This document shows, one piece after another, positions 7,521 through 16,828 of a stretch of DNA of 32,000 bases. Source of the DNA: Opitutales bacterium (lineage in GTDB: Bacteria; Verrucomicrobiota; Verrucomicrobiia; Opitutales; UBA9783); contig JAKSVZ010000006.1 of NCBI GenBank assembly GCA_024407725.1, forward strand, positions 1 to 32,000, written 5' to 3'. A program made the translations under genes and the position numbers. The notes beneath the pieces are model-generated. The model was not told the DNA's origin and ran no database searches. It worked only from the letters and a program-made list of their open reading frames with translations. How positions within the stretch are numbered: position 1 is the stretch's first letter; each line of letters begins with the position of its first letter.

Positions 7521-10500
7521 TTATTTAAGTGCGGTTTTTATTAAACCGAAAAACTTATCAAAAAACTCTTTCAAACGTTTCCAAATGGCGTCTTGTCGCG
7601 CAAAATTGCCCCTATCTTTTAAGCTTTGGAGGTCTGCTGGTAAACAATTTATAAATCCGCTGCCTTCGCGGCTTAAATCTTCTTCTCGTTCGAAGGCATT
7701 TTCTACAAATGCTTTTGTTTTTTCAGGGTCTAAGCGCGCTTCTCGGATGATGGTACTCAATGCTTTTTCTTTTTGCTCACGAACGAAAGATGGCCATTTT
7801 TGAGAAGATTTCTTAAGCTTTATAAACTCTAAGATAAGGTCTTTCTTATTGCGAAGGAAGGGGGTGGAATCGATCATACGATTGATATGGTCAGTGAATT
7901 CGGGTTCATTTTTTGATGCACGCTGTTGATCGTTGAGGGCAAGGATATAGTCGATATCGACAGCAAATTCTTGCACCAATTCCATTGAAAAGAGCACATC
8001 TTCTTTAATACTTTCAGCATTTTCCTTGCGTTCCTGTTGAAATTGCTGATAGAGGGTAATGTAAAGCGATGTGTAATCTTGGCGTTCCCCCTCGGTGAGG
8101 CGCTTTTCTTCTGTAAATTCATCGAAAGTTATTAAAAAACTGTGTGTTTTTAAGAATGTATTGAAAAGTTCGATAAATTCTTTTTGTTTTTGTTCACCCA
8201 CAATGTCCTGTTTGGGTGAAAATGCTCTCAATTTTTGGATGATTTCTTGGTAACCCAAATGATGGCCGGTTTCATCCTCATACCCTTCGTAATAATCCTT
8301 AAACGATCGCATGAGCACAAAGCGTTCTGTGTCTGCATTACCGAACAACCGAAGGGCGTTGGATAAATCGTTGTTTAAATCGCGGAAGCATACAATATTG
8401 CCTGCTTGTTTGTGCTCATTTAAAATGCGGTTTGTGCGTGAAAACGCTTGAATAAGGCCATGATACACAAGCGGTCGATCTACAAAAAGGGTATTTAACC
8501 GTGGGGCATCGAAGCCGGTTAAGAAGATGTTTACAACAAGCGTTAAATCGACTTCCCCATTCTTAATTCTTCGAGCAAGATCGGTGCGATACCCATCACA
8601 ATCGGAAATAGCGTACTGGGTATTAAAAGTACGGTTGTAATCCTGAATGGCTGTTTCGAGTGCTTCACGCGCAGAAGGTTCCATGCGTTCTGCTTGAAAC
8701 TCACTGCCATTGTCCTGATCAGGGTCTTCATTCGCAGGGTAGGTAAAGATGGTTGCAAGTTTCAATGAGCTTTTGGCTGTTTGCAATTGGTTTTTAAACT
8801 CTTTGTAATAAAGGCGCGCGGAGGTGATAGAATCAACAGCGAAAAGTGCGTTAAACCCGCGCGCCTTTTCTTGTTTTCCATTCGAGTTTGAAACGGTATA
8901 AGTTTTATCCCGCTTGGTTTTATCTTCAAAGACCTCTAAGATCTTTTGTACGACGTTCTTAATCCGTTCGGGTGCCTGATACGCCTCTTCGCGATTGATA
9001 GCTCTAACGCGTTTATCTTTAATCGCCTCCTTGGGTGCAAAGGTTTGATATTGCTGGAACAAGAACTTTAGGACGCTTTGATCGCGAATAGCGTCTACAA
9101 TCGTATACGTGTGCAAACAAGAACCAAAAACCTGTTCGGTTGTTATCATTCCCTTAAAGGCATTTTCTTTAAAAATAGGGGTTCCGGTAAAACCAAAGCA
9201 GATATGGTCTTTAAAGCGATCCAGGATACCCCGATGCAGCTCGCCAAATTGGGAGCGGTGGCATTCGTCGAAGATAAAAACAACCCGTTTTGAGTAAGCA
9301 GAATGTGTTTTGTATCTTTTAATCAAGAGCCCCAATTTTTGAATCGTCGTAACGACGATTTTCGTGCTTTTATCTTCGAGGTGTTGATTTAAAACGTCGG
9401 TTGAAACGCTCCCTGCGACGCAGTTTTTTTTAAACTTATTGTATTCTGCTACTGTTTGAGCATCGAGATCCTTGCGATCGACAACAAACAGCACTTTATC
9501 AATACTGGGCAAATCTTTCGCGAGCTGCGCCGTTTTAAACGACGTCAATGTTTTTCCGCTGCCGGTTGTGTGCCAAATATACCCACCTGCTTTTTTCGTT
9601 CCGATGGTTTTACAGCTGGTTGCCATGCAAATGCGCTGCAGGATTTTTTCACATGCTGCAATTTGATAAGGGCGCAGGATTTTCAAATCCTGAGTGGTAT
9701 CAAAAACGCAGTACCGAAGTAGCAGGTTCAACAACGTATTGCGGTTAAAAAATGTTTGCGTGAAATCTTCTAAATCATGAATGGGGTGATTTTTTTGATC
9801 GGCCCAATGAAAGGTAAATTCAAAACTTTTGCGCGTGCGGGTTGGCGATGCTTGATCGTATTTTATTTTGCCCAGACGCAAGGTGTTGGAATAATACCGC
9901 GTGCGCGTTCCATTGGAGATTACAAACAATTGCACCCAATTGAAAAGTCCATCGCCGCTCCAAAAACTGGTGTCTTGATAACGTTTGATTTGGTTGAACG
10001 CTTCGTGAAGGCTATCTTCTCCCCCTTTCCCACGGCGCTTTAACTCGATGTGCACCACGGGTAATCCATTGAGTAAAATCGTCACATCGTAACGTGATTT
10101 GCGCCCTTCATGTTCCTCTTCGTACTGATGCAATACTTGCAGGATATTTTCATTAATGTACTTTTTATCAACCAGCTTGAGATTGCGAAAGAGTTTACCC
10201 TTGCGCTTTAATGCCCATTCTGGGTTTTGTTGAAAACGCTCTGTTTTTTCAACTACCCCTTCTCGCTTGTTGGCTAAAACTTCTGAGTAAAATTTTTCCC
10301 ATTCGCTATCCGTAAAATGAAAACCTTCCGGTCCATCTTCTTTGTGCGTGTTGAGTCGCTCCATTTGCTTCCGAAGGTTCGCTTTCAAACCGTCTTCGTT
10401 GTGTACCTTCAAGAACTCATACCCTAGATCTTTTAAAGCTTGAATAAAGGTGGCTTCCAATTCCGCTTCGCTTTGATAGGCCGTGTCCGTTCGCGGTTTC

Positions 10501-10595
10501 GGCTCAAAAGACGCTAGCACAGTCCAAGAGAAAGGCTTTTCTGAAGCAACCAAACCGTCATCCAAAGGTGTTTTTTCCAAAACGTGTTTTAACAT
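7521..10595 (-). CDS. hsdR: type I restriction enzyme, R (endonuclease/translocase) subunit
   Basis: The 1024-aa ORF is intact. It has the SF2 helicase motifs HTTGSGKT and DECHRSQ, then TGTPIF, and a nuclease-type N-terminal region. It lies directly downstream of hsdS. Confidence 0.92.
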   Translation of the reverse strand: MLKHVLEKTPLDDGLVASEKPFSWTVLASFEPKPRTDTAYQSEAELEATFIQALKDLGYEFLKVHNEDGLKANLRKQMERLNTHKEDGPEGFHFTDSEWEKFYSEVLANKREGVVEKTERFQQNPEWALKRKGKLFRNLKLVDKKYINENILQVLHQYEEEHEGRKSRYDVTILLNGLPVVHIELKRRGKGGEDSLHEAFNQIKRYQDTSFWSGDGLFNWVQLFVISNGTRTRYYSNTLRLGKIKYDQASPTRTRKSFEFTFHWADQKNHPIHDLEDFTQTFFNRNTLLNLLLRYCVFDTTQDLKILRPYQIAACEKILQRICMATSCKTIGTKKAGGYIWHTTGSGKTLTSFKTAQLAKDLPSIDKVLFVVDRKDLDAQTVAEYNKFKKNCVAGSVSTDVLNQHLEDKSTKIVVTTIQKLGLLIKRYKTHSAYSKRVVFIFDECHRSQFGELHRGILDRFKDHICFGFTGTPIFKENAFKGMITTEQVFGSCLHTYTIVDAIRDQSVLKFLFQQYQTFAPKEAIKDKRVRAINREEAYQAPERIKNVVQKILEVFEDKTKRDKTYTVSNSNGKQEKARGFNALFAVDSITSARLYYKEFKNQLQTAKSSLKLATIFTYPANEDPDQDNGSEFQAERMEPSAREALETAIQDYNRTFNTQYAISDCDGYRTDLARRIKNGEVDLTLVVNIFLTGFDAPRLNTLFVDRPLVYHGLIQAFSRTNRILNEHKQAGNIVCFRDLNNDLSNALRLFGNADTERFVLMRSFKDYYEGYEDETGHHLGYQEIIQKLRAFSPKQDIVGEQKQKEFIELFNTFLKTHSFLITFDEFTEEKRLTEGERQDYTSLYITLYQQFQQERKENAESIKEDVLFSMELVQEFAVDIDYILALNDQQRASKNEPEFTDHINRMIDSTPFLRNKKDLILEFIKLKKSSQKWPSFVREQKEKALSTIIREARLDPEKTKAFVENAFEREEDLSREGSGFINCLPADLQSLKDRGNFARQDAIWKRLKEFFDKFFGLIKTALK

Positions 10596-10718
10596 ACTGA
10601 TTTACTTGGGTTTTTCAAAAGATAACAATTGATCGCGATAGTAGGCGTACTGCTTTTTACGCCCCTCAATTTCCGCCGGAAGACCATCAATAAGGTCGTT
10701 GCAAAGCGCATCAAAACG

Positions 10719-10770
10719 ATCTAGAATACGCACAATGCGCGCTTGTTCGGAAAGAGGCGGGAGAGGGATG
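10719..10770 (-). repeat. hsdS conserved-region direct repeat, copy 1 (partner at 11303-11354)
   Basis: Two exact 18-mers, atctagaatacgcacaat and agaggcgggagagggatg, occur in both copies with the same 34-nt offset. The copies are 584 bp apart in the same orientation. Confidence 0.85.
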
Positions 10771-11269
10771 CGAATGGAAGCAAATTTACTTTTTGACAAT
10801 CCAAAACGTGTTAGACCTGTTGCTAGCTGATAAATCTGTTTTTGTACATCCGAACTCTCGAAGAGGTAACACAAATAAAATGCTGTTGTAAGATTCTTTT
10901 CGTTTAAACGAAAACGCATAAGGTGATAGCTGTAACAAGCATTTTTTATCGTTTCAATTGCAACTGCTGCGTGCCCAATATCATCACGCGTTTCTGAAGT
11001 CGGTGTGATAAACAAATCACCTGCCTCAACCGTACAAGCTGCAATTTTTCGTTCGGATGCTGTTACCATCATCTTTGGAATAGATACATCTAGCCTTTTA
11101 TGACGATATACATCCATATAATTAAACAGTATCACTGCTTTTTCGTTAGCTCTTATTTTTTTATCTACTCCAATGCTTGAAAAAATACCAAGCTCCCCCA
11201 ACCTTACCCGTGGGCATTCCCGCCAAAGGTCAGGAGTTTATCGCGGTAATACGCAAACTGTGCGCGCCT

Positions 11270-11293
11270 CTGTGTAAGCTCCTGTGTAAGCTC
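11270..11293 (-). repeat. perfect 12-bp x2 tandem repeat in the hsdS central conserved region (encodes ELTQ-ELTQ)
   Basis: On the plus strand, ctgtgtaagctc at 11270-11281 is repeated exactly at 11282-11293. The minus strand reads GAGCTTACACAG twice. Confidence 0.85.
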
Positions 11294-11302
11294 CGTAAAA
11301 GT

Positions 11303-11354
11303 ATCTAGAATACGCACAATCTCCTCTTGAATCGGCAGAGGCGGGAGAGGGATG
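11303..11354 (-). repeat. hsdS conserved-region direct repeat, copy 2
   Basis: See the copy at 10719-10770. It has the same two 18-mers with the same spacing. Confidence 0.85.
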
Positions 11355-11789
11355 GGAATACCATCTACATCTGTTTTATTAATGGCAGTGATACTTCCAT
11401 GCGCAACAAACGTATCCATCATATGCTGCTCTTGCGTTTTCAGGTAATAAAAAACGAATTTTGTTAAAAGCTCATTATCGCTCCTAGAACGATACGGATA
11501 ACACAAACCCCCTGCCCAGAAAGGTTCTGCTATAAAACTTACAAAGCCTGCATTCCCACGCGCAGCAATACAAAACGCATTACCTTCGTTGTTGTAATGT
11601 CCGTAATAACCGTAAAATTCACGGCTAGAATTTACCACAGGATAAGGGTATCGTTCATTTCGTTCTGCTGAAACTTCATGCTGTTTTAACGTTTCTTTCT
11701 TCAGAGATACGCACACCTCACCCAATGCCCTCCACTCCACACCGTTCGGACAATACATCCGCAATAGTTGTTGCAAGGGATGCATGGGA

Positions 11790-13372
11790 TTAGTTTCCGC
11801 CTTCTAGCTCGGCTATAATTGCATCAATTTTTTCGCGCAATGCCGTCTCTTTTTTAACTATTTCCGCCAGCTGGTTATTGAGCACACGAATATCCACCTT
11901 TTCACGCGTATCGGGTTTTTCTACATAGGACGAAACTGACAAGTTAAAATCCTTCGCTTCAATCTCTTCAGGGGATACCAAGCGAGACTTATGGGGTTGA
12001 TCTGTATGCTCCCGATACAAGTTCAAAATCGTTTGGATGTTTTCCGGCGCTAATTTATTGCTGTTGGTTACTTTGACACATTCGCTGCTCGCATCGATAA
12101 ATTGCACGCGATTTTCATTGCCCTTATGCTTTCGTAAAATCAAGATGCAGGTTGCAATCGACGTCCCATAAAACAGATTGGAAGGCAGTTGAATGACCGC
12201 ATCGATAGCATTGATGCGCAACAAATACGACCGAATGATCTTTTCGGCGCCCCCGCGGTAAAAAATCCCAGGGAAACAAACAATCGCGGCTGTTCCGGTT
12301 TGTTTTAAATAATAAAGCGCATGCAAAATAAACGCGAAATCCGCATTGCTCTTTGGTGCTAATGCACCAGCAGCCGAAAACGCTCATCTGCCTGTAAGGT
12401 TGGGTCGTCTTTTCCAGCCCATTTGATCGAATAGGGTGGATTTGAAACAACCGCATCGAAGCGAAGCTCCTGCTCGTCTTCGGAACAGGTACTAAATCCC
12501 CCATACTGTTTTTTGAGGAAAGCGTGCCCATCGGTCAAGGTATCCCCATGGTAAATTTGGAATTTATCATAGCCGATTCCATGAAGAAGAAGGTTGATAC
12601 GACACAGATTGTACGTGGTTAAATTGAGCTCTTGTCCGTAGTACTCCACATAAGGATCTTGGATAAACTTCTTAAATTTCAACAACAAAGAACCGCTTCC
12701 GCAGGCTGGATCGTAAACATTTTTAATGGTCTTCGTATGTACTTGTGTGCATTGAACAAGCAGCTCAGATACTTCCGGCGGCGTGTAATATTCACCCCCG
12801 CTTTTCCCAGCGTTCGAAGCATACATTCCCATTAAATACTCATAGACATCCCCAAAAAGATCAATGGTGGTTTGCCCTGCTTCCAATTGCATATCCGCTA
12901 CTGCTTGCATCACTTTTAGTAGCTTTGCCTTGCACTCTTTTGGATTATTCCCCAAATGCTTGCTGCTAACATCGATGCTATCAAATAAGTTTTTGAAGTT
13001 TTCTTTACACGATTCATCGAATGCATTAAAAATGGTTTGCAGCGTTTCAGCTAAATCATCAATCGATCCTTCGTGCGCTTGCTTCAACACATTCTTAAAT
13101 AGATGTTCCGCAGGAATAAAATATCCCTGAACTTCCATAATGCGTTGACGCGTTTCTTCATCCACCGCCTGGGTTCCCTGAGACCAACCTTCCAGCGCCC
13201 TATCATGCTCTATGTAATACGTTAAACGTTCTGAAAGATACCGGTAAAAAAGCATCCCTAACACATCCTGCTTGAAATCCCAACCATCAACACTACACCG
13301 CCAGTCATTTGCGATAGACCAAATAGTACGGTATAATTCTTCCCGTTCTGATTCGCGATTTGTATTCGTCAT
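11790..13372 (-). pseudogene. hsdM: type I R-M N6-adenine DNA methyltransferase HsdM, interrupted by one frameshift
   Basis: The N-terminal ORF (13372-12359) has the HsdM N-domain (DWRCSVDGWDFKQDVLGMLFYRYLSE), motif I DPACGSGSLL and motif IV VVSNPPYS. It ends ...ADERFRLLVH*. A shifted frame continues [51 protein letters not shown]..., which is the canonical continuation, through to 11790. Confidence 0.85.
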
Positions 13373-13381
13373 AACAGCGTT

Positions 13382-13409
13382 ATATTACAAATATAAAAGC
13401 CGTTGTCGA
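13382..13409 (-). promoter_or_regulatory. candidate hsdM promoter (TCGACA-16-TAATAT), which would give a near-leaderless mRNA
   Basis: The minus strand reads tcgaca (13409-13404), a 16-nt spacer, then taatat (13387-13382). The -10 ends 9 nt before the hsdM ATG at 13372. Confidence 0.25.
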
Positions 13410-13426
13410 TTCATTTAAAGCTATTT

Positions 13427-14338
13427 TTACGCGCGCGTATGATAACGGTCGTAGGTTTCGCGCAACTGCGTTGGGTTGAGGTGCGTATAAATTTGCGTGG
13501 TAGAAATATTGCTATGCCCCAGCATCGCCTGAATACTGCGTAAATCCGCGCCATTACACAGCAAATGCGTTGCAAAGGTATGGCGCAACTCATGGGGTTT
13601 GACGGAATGACCTAAGCCGACCGCCTGCCCATAAGCTTTGAGATAGCACCAAAGGGTTTTGCGGGAAATGGGCGTACCGCGTTGGGTCAAAAACACAAAA
13701 TTACCGCTTTTGGGGCGCAACAATTTCGGGCGTCCATGAACCAAATAATACTGCAAATGCTCTTTCGCAACTGACCCCAACGGTACCCAACGCTCCTTGC
13801 TGCCTTTACCGTAAATTTTGAGCGCATCCTCCTCAAGGAACAGCGCCTGCAAGGTTAATCCGCAGACCTCCGAAATACGCAACCCACAGCCGTACATCAA
13901 GGAAATCATGGCGCGATTGCGCATCCCTTGAGGGCTTACCAAACTCATGCTTTTCTGCAAGGCTTCCACCTCATTGACTGACAAGGTTTGCGGCAAAGGA
14001 CGCGTGCATTTAGGAGCAACCGCCTGAGCCATTGGATTCGCTTTTAATTGCCCATTTTTAGACAAAAAGTTAAAAAAACGCCGCAAACAGGCCAATTTTC
14101 GTGCGCGCGAGGTTGGACTCATCGACAGTAACGCTTGCTGCCATTGGTCAATATGCTCTGGGGTGATACGCTCTACCGAAACGCCTGCGGTTAGCTCACA
14201 AAACTGCTGCAAATCATAACGGTAGGAAGCTTGTGTGTTGGCCGACAAACCACATTCAATCGCTAAATAACCCAAGAAGGATTCGATTAATGCGCTCCAT
14301 TGATCCTTACCAACGCATCGCTTTCGTTCCGTCACCAT
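13427..14338 (-). CDS. xerD: site-specific tyrosine recombinase XerD (XerC/D family)
   Basis: 303 aa. Contains ECGLSANTQASYRYDLQQF, GLRISEV, GKGSKERWVPLG, HELRHTFATHLLCNGADLRSIQAMLGHSNISTTQIYTHL and the catalytic Y. Confidence 0.8.
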   Translation of the reverse strand: MVTERKRCVGKDQWSALIESFLGYLAIECGLSANTQASYRYDLQQFCELTAGVSVERITPEHIDQWQQALLSMSPTSRARKLACLRRFFNFLSKNGQLKANPMAQAVAPKCTRPLPQTLSVNEVEALQKSMSLVSPQGMRNRAMISLMYGCGLRISEVCGLTLQALFLEEDALKIYGKGSKERWVPLGSVAKEHLQYYLVHGRPKLLRPKSGNFVFLTQRGTPISRKTLWCYLKAYGQAVGLGHSVKPHELRHTFATHLLCNGADLRSIQAMLGHSNISTTQIYTHLNPTQLRETYDRYHTRA

Positions 14339-14344
14339 CGTACG

Positions 14345-15655
14345 TTAAGCAGAATGAGACGTCGTATACGCCAAGGTTTCGCCTTCGGTTCGCGCAATAA
14401 TCACCGTTCCACAGGTATCATTAAAGACATTAACCAGCGTACGGAACATATCCAATAAGCGTTCGACCACCCAAATCACCCCGATGGATTCGATTGGTAA
14501 GCCAACCGAGCTGACAATCATGGTAATCGCGATTAGGGCAGACGCCGGAATTCCTGCAACCCCAACAGACGTTAATAACGCCATCAGCACCACAATCCAT
14601 TGATCGAGCACCCCGAAAGGAATCCCCTGAGTCACTTGGTACAACTGGGCAATGAATAGCACCACCACGCATTCATACAACGCCGTACCGCACATATTGA
14701 TGGTAATTCCCAAAGGCAAAGTAAAGCGTGCGATACGCGGCGATACCTTCGATACGGTTTCCACTTTATCTAAAGCTAAAGGCAAAACGGCTGCTGATGA
14801 GGAGGTTGAAAACGCCATCAACATAACCGGAAACATGGCCTTATAATGCGCCCAAGGCTTTATTTTGCCGACAAAGCGCAACAAAAGATACAAAACACCG
14901 AACATATACAGGGCAAACCCAAGCAACACGGTAATAACAAAATACAACAGAGGGCGGATAACCCCGATACCGGTATGCAGCAAGATGGGAGTCACCAACC
15001 CAAACACCCCAATAGGTGAAAATGCAATAACAATGCGGGTAATATCGCGCAAAACATGCTGGATTCCTTCCCAAAACACCAATTGCGGTTTCCGTAAGTC
15101 CTCAGGTAAACGTCCGACAAAGAAACCAAACAGCAACGCAAAGGTAATGATACCCAAAATTTGGGTATTATCCGAAGCCGCATGAATCACGTTGGAAGGG
15201 ATAATGCGCAAAAAGAAGTCCGATATACGGGAAGAATCCATGTGCGCCAATTGAATAAACTGCTGAGGCAACACATTGGCTTGCCCTAGGATTTTAGCCG
15301 CCAAATCCTTTTCAACGCACCCTGGGCGCAACCCATTGACCAAGCACAATCCAATCAAAACAGCCGAAAAACAGCTTAAAAAATAGAACAAAAAGGTTTT
15401 TAATCCCAAGCGTTTAAATTCGGATTTCGATCCGAACCCCATCATGCCACAGATAAGGGAAACCGCAATCAATGGCACAACGAGCATTTTGAGCCCGTTC
15501 ATAAAAACTTTTCCGATGAGCTCACATACCTGCACAAAATCTTGCGTTAGGGGCATATTCTGCCAGCCACAGCAACGCAAAACGCAGACCACGATAATAC
15601 TGACACAAAGCGCCAGAATTACGCCAAATTGACTGAGCCATTTTTTCACATCCAT
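14345..15655 (-). CDS. dicarboxylate/amino acid:cation symporter (DAACS/GltP family)
   Basis: 436 aa and polytopic. It carries the family motifs GLKMLVVPLIAVSLICG, STSSSAAVLPL, and GIPASALIAI followed by MFRTLVNVFNDTCG. Confidence 0.85.
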   Translation of the reverse strand: MDVKKWLSQFGVILALCVSIIVVCVLRCCGWQNMPLTQDFVQVCELIGKVFMNGLKMLVVPLIAVSLICGMMGFGSKSEFKRLGLKTFLFYFLSCFSAVLIGLCLVNGLRPGCVEKDLAAKILGQANVLPQQFIQLAHMDSSRISDFFLRIIPSNVIHAASDNTQILGIITFALLFGFFVGRLPEDLRKPQLVFWEGIQHVLRDITRIVIAFSPIGVFGLVTPILLHTGIGVIRPLLYFVITVLLGFALYMFGVLYLLLRFVGKIKPWAHYKAMFPVMLMAFSTSSSAAVLPLALDKVETVSKVSPRIARFTLPLGITINMCGTALYECVVVLFIAQLYQVTQGIPFGVLDQWIVVLMALLTSVGVAGIPASALIAITMIVSSVGLPIESIGVIWVVERLLDMFRTLVNVFNDTCGTVIIARTEGETLAYTTSHSA

Positions 15656-15697
15656 CTTTTACTCTTTTTCTCAACAAACAACAAGCTTTTACCCCCG

Positions 15698-16828
15698 TTA
15701 CACGCATAGCTCGTAAGAGCAGTCCGATAACCGTTCGCAGCCCGTAGGGGTTACCACCACATCATCTTCAATACGAACCCCTCCGATAGTTTGGAAGTAC
15801 AAACCCGGTTCAACCGTAATCACCATACCCGCTTCCAACGTAATCGCTTGCGCACCTACGGATGGGTATTCATGAAGCCCTAATCCTAGCCCATGACCTA
15901 CGCTATGAATAAACCCTTCACAACCTTGGGCTGTTTGCTTCAACCCAAACCCAGCACGCTCAAAAAAATCCAGTGCAAAATGCATCAAATCCGATGTTAA
16001 TACCCCTGAGTGTATACGCTCAATCAACGCCTGCTGACAATCCCGTACGCATTGATACATCCGCATCTGTTCAGGATTTGCATGTCCTTTCACAAGCGTT
16101 CGGGTCATATCCCCATAATAACCGGATTGCTTTAAATAAGGAAAACAATCGAGCACAATCAATTGACCTTCGTACAAAGACCCTTCGCCCCTATGATGCG
16201 GCTGCGCAGCTTGTTCGCCCCCTGCTACAATCGTATCCTCTGCACACGCGCCGTGATTAAAACCATACTGTTCCATCAACATCCGCAGCCGTTCAGACGT
16301 TAACACAGAACCTTCGTACTCCAGTTGATGATTGCGAACCGTACTTTGATGCACAATACTTTTGGCGTACTCCAAAATATCCGCTGTAACCTTACACGCC
16401 TTACGGATTTCATCAATTTCCGAAGCACTTTTAATCGCCCGCGTGGTTTCAAACGCAGCAGCATCAAATCCCAAAGGCACCGTTTGATAACACTGAGCGT
16501 ACACCGTTGCCGGAAAATCATTCGGAACCACAAAGCGATCAATCGCATACTGTTGCTGCAGATACCGGAAAAAGGCAGACCATGGTGTCCCCTGCGGATA
16601 GGCTAATGCAGAACGTTTTTGCACATCAGACCTCAAAAAAACTTCGTCAAACGTACTGCTTGCCTTGCATCGGCCATATTCCAATTCCGATACAAATGCC
16701 AACTTTTGCTCGCCCACTTTTAACGCAAAAAATGGATCCGGTGCATCAAAATGACCCCAATAAAGTAAGTTTTTATCCTGCTGAGGAGTGTTATAAATAA
16801 CGTAGGCAATACGATCACCCATAAACAT
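15698..16828 (-). CDS. pepP: Xaa-Pro aminopeptidase (M24B metallopeptidase)
   Basis: 376 aa. The motifs are DCFPYLKQSGYYGDMTRT, HSVGHGLGLGLHEYP, and GMVITVEPGLY followed by GGVRIEDDVVVT. Confidence 0.8.
   Translation of the reverse strand: MFMGDRIAYVIYNTPQQDKNLLYWGHFDAPDPFFALKVGEQKLAFVSELEYGRCKASSTFDEVFLRSDVQKRSALAYPQGTPWSAFFRYLQQQYAIDRFVVPNDFPATVYAQCYQTVPLGFDAAAFETTRAIKSASEIDEIRKACKVTADILEYAKSIVHQSTVRNHQLEYEGSVLTSERLRMLMEQYGFNHGACAEDTIVAGGEQAAQPHHRGEGSLYEGQLIVLDCFPYLKQSGYYGDMTRTLVKGHANPEQMRMYQCVRDCQQALIERIHSGVLTSDLMHFALDFFERAGFGLKQTAQGCEGFIHSVGHGLGLGLHEYPSVGAQAITLEAGMVITVEPGLYFQTIGGVRIEDDVVVTPTGCERLSDCSYELCV

Larger units (their letters stand above)
10602..11785 (-). pseudogene. hsdS: type I R-M specificity subunit HsdS, split into two half-genes (11785-11204 and 11201-10602)
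   Basis: Each half carries one variable TRD plus one conserved region. These are IPLPPLPIQEEIVRILDTFTELTQELTQRRAQFAYYRDKLLTF and IPLPPLSEQARIVRILDRFDALCNDL...KKQYAYYRDQLLSF. The first half ends at a TAA stop (11204-11206). The second frame opens 2 nt later at TTG. Adding one base restores a single product of about 394 aa. Confidence 0.8.

Noticed and set aside
7585-10043. Ten small ORFs (62-88 aa) overlapping hsdR: eight plus-strand (antisense) and two minus-strand in other frames
   Set aside because: All lie within the intact 1024-aa hsdR frame, which has clear helicase motifs. They are low-complexity off-frame or antisense translations with no recognisable domains.
12124-12531. 135-aa minus-strand ORF bridging the two hsdM fragments
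   Set aside because: It is in the third frame and shows no methyltransferase similarity. The two flanking frames together reconstruct a complete HsdM. This ORF is a by-product.
13411-13593. 60-aa minus-strand ORF overlapping the 3' end of xerD in another frame
   Set aside because: It is out of frame with the region encoding the XerD catalytic motifs (HELRHTFATHLL...GHSNISTTQIYTH). It is a shadow ORF.
10602-14338. Phase-variable hsdS shufflon driven by the adjacent tyrosine recombinase
   Set aside because: Both hsdS halves are in the same orientation. The shared repeats are direct, not inverted. There is no extra silent hsdS copy. The recombinase looks like a canonical chromosomal XerD with full-length conserved motifs, not a dedicated invertase.
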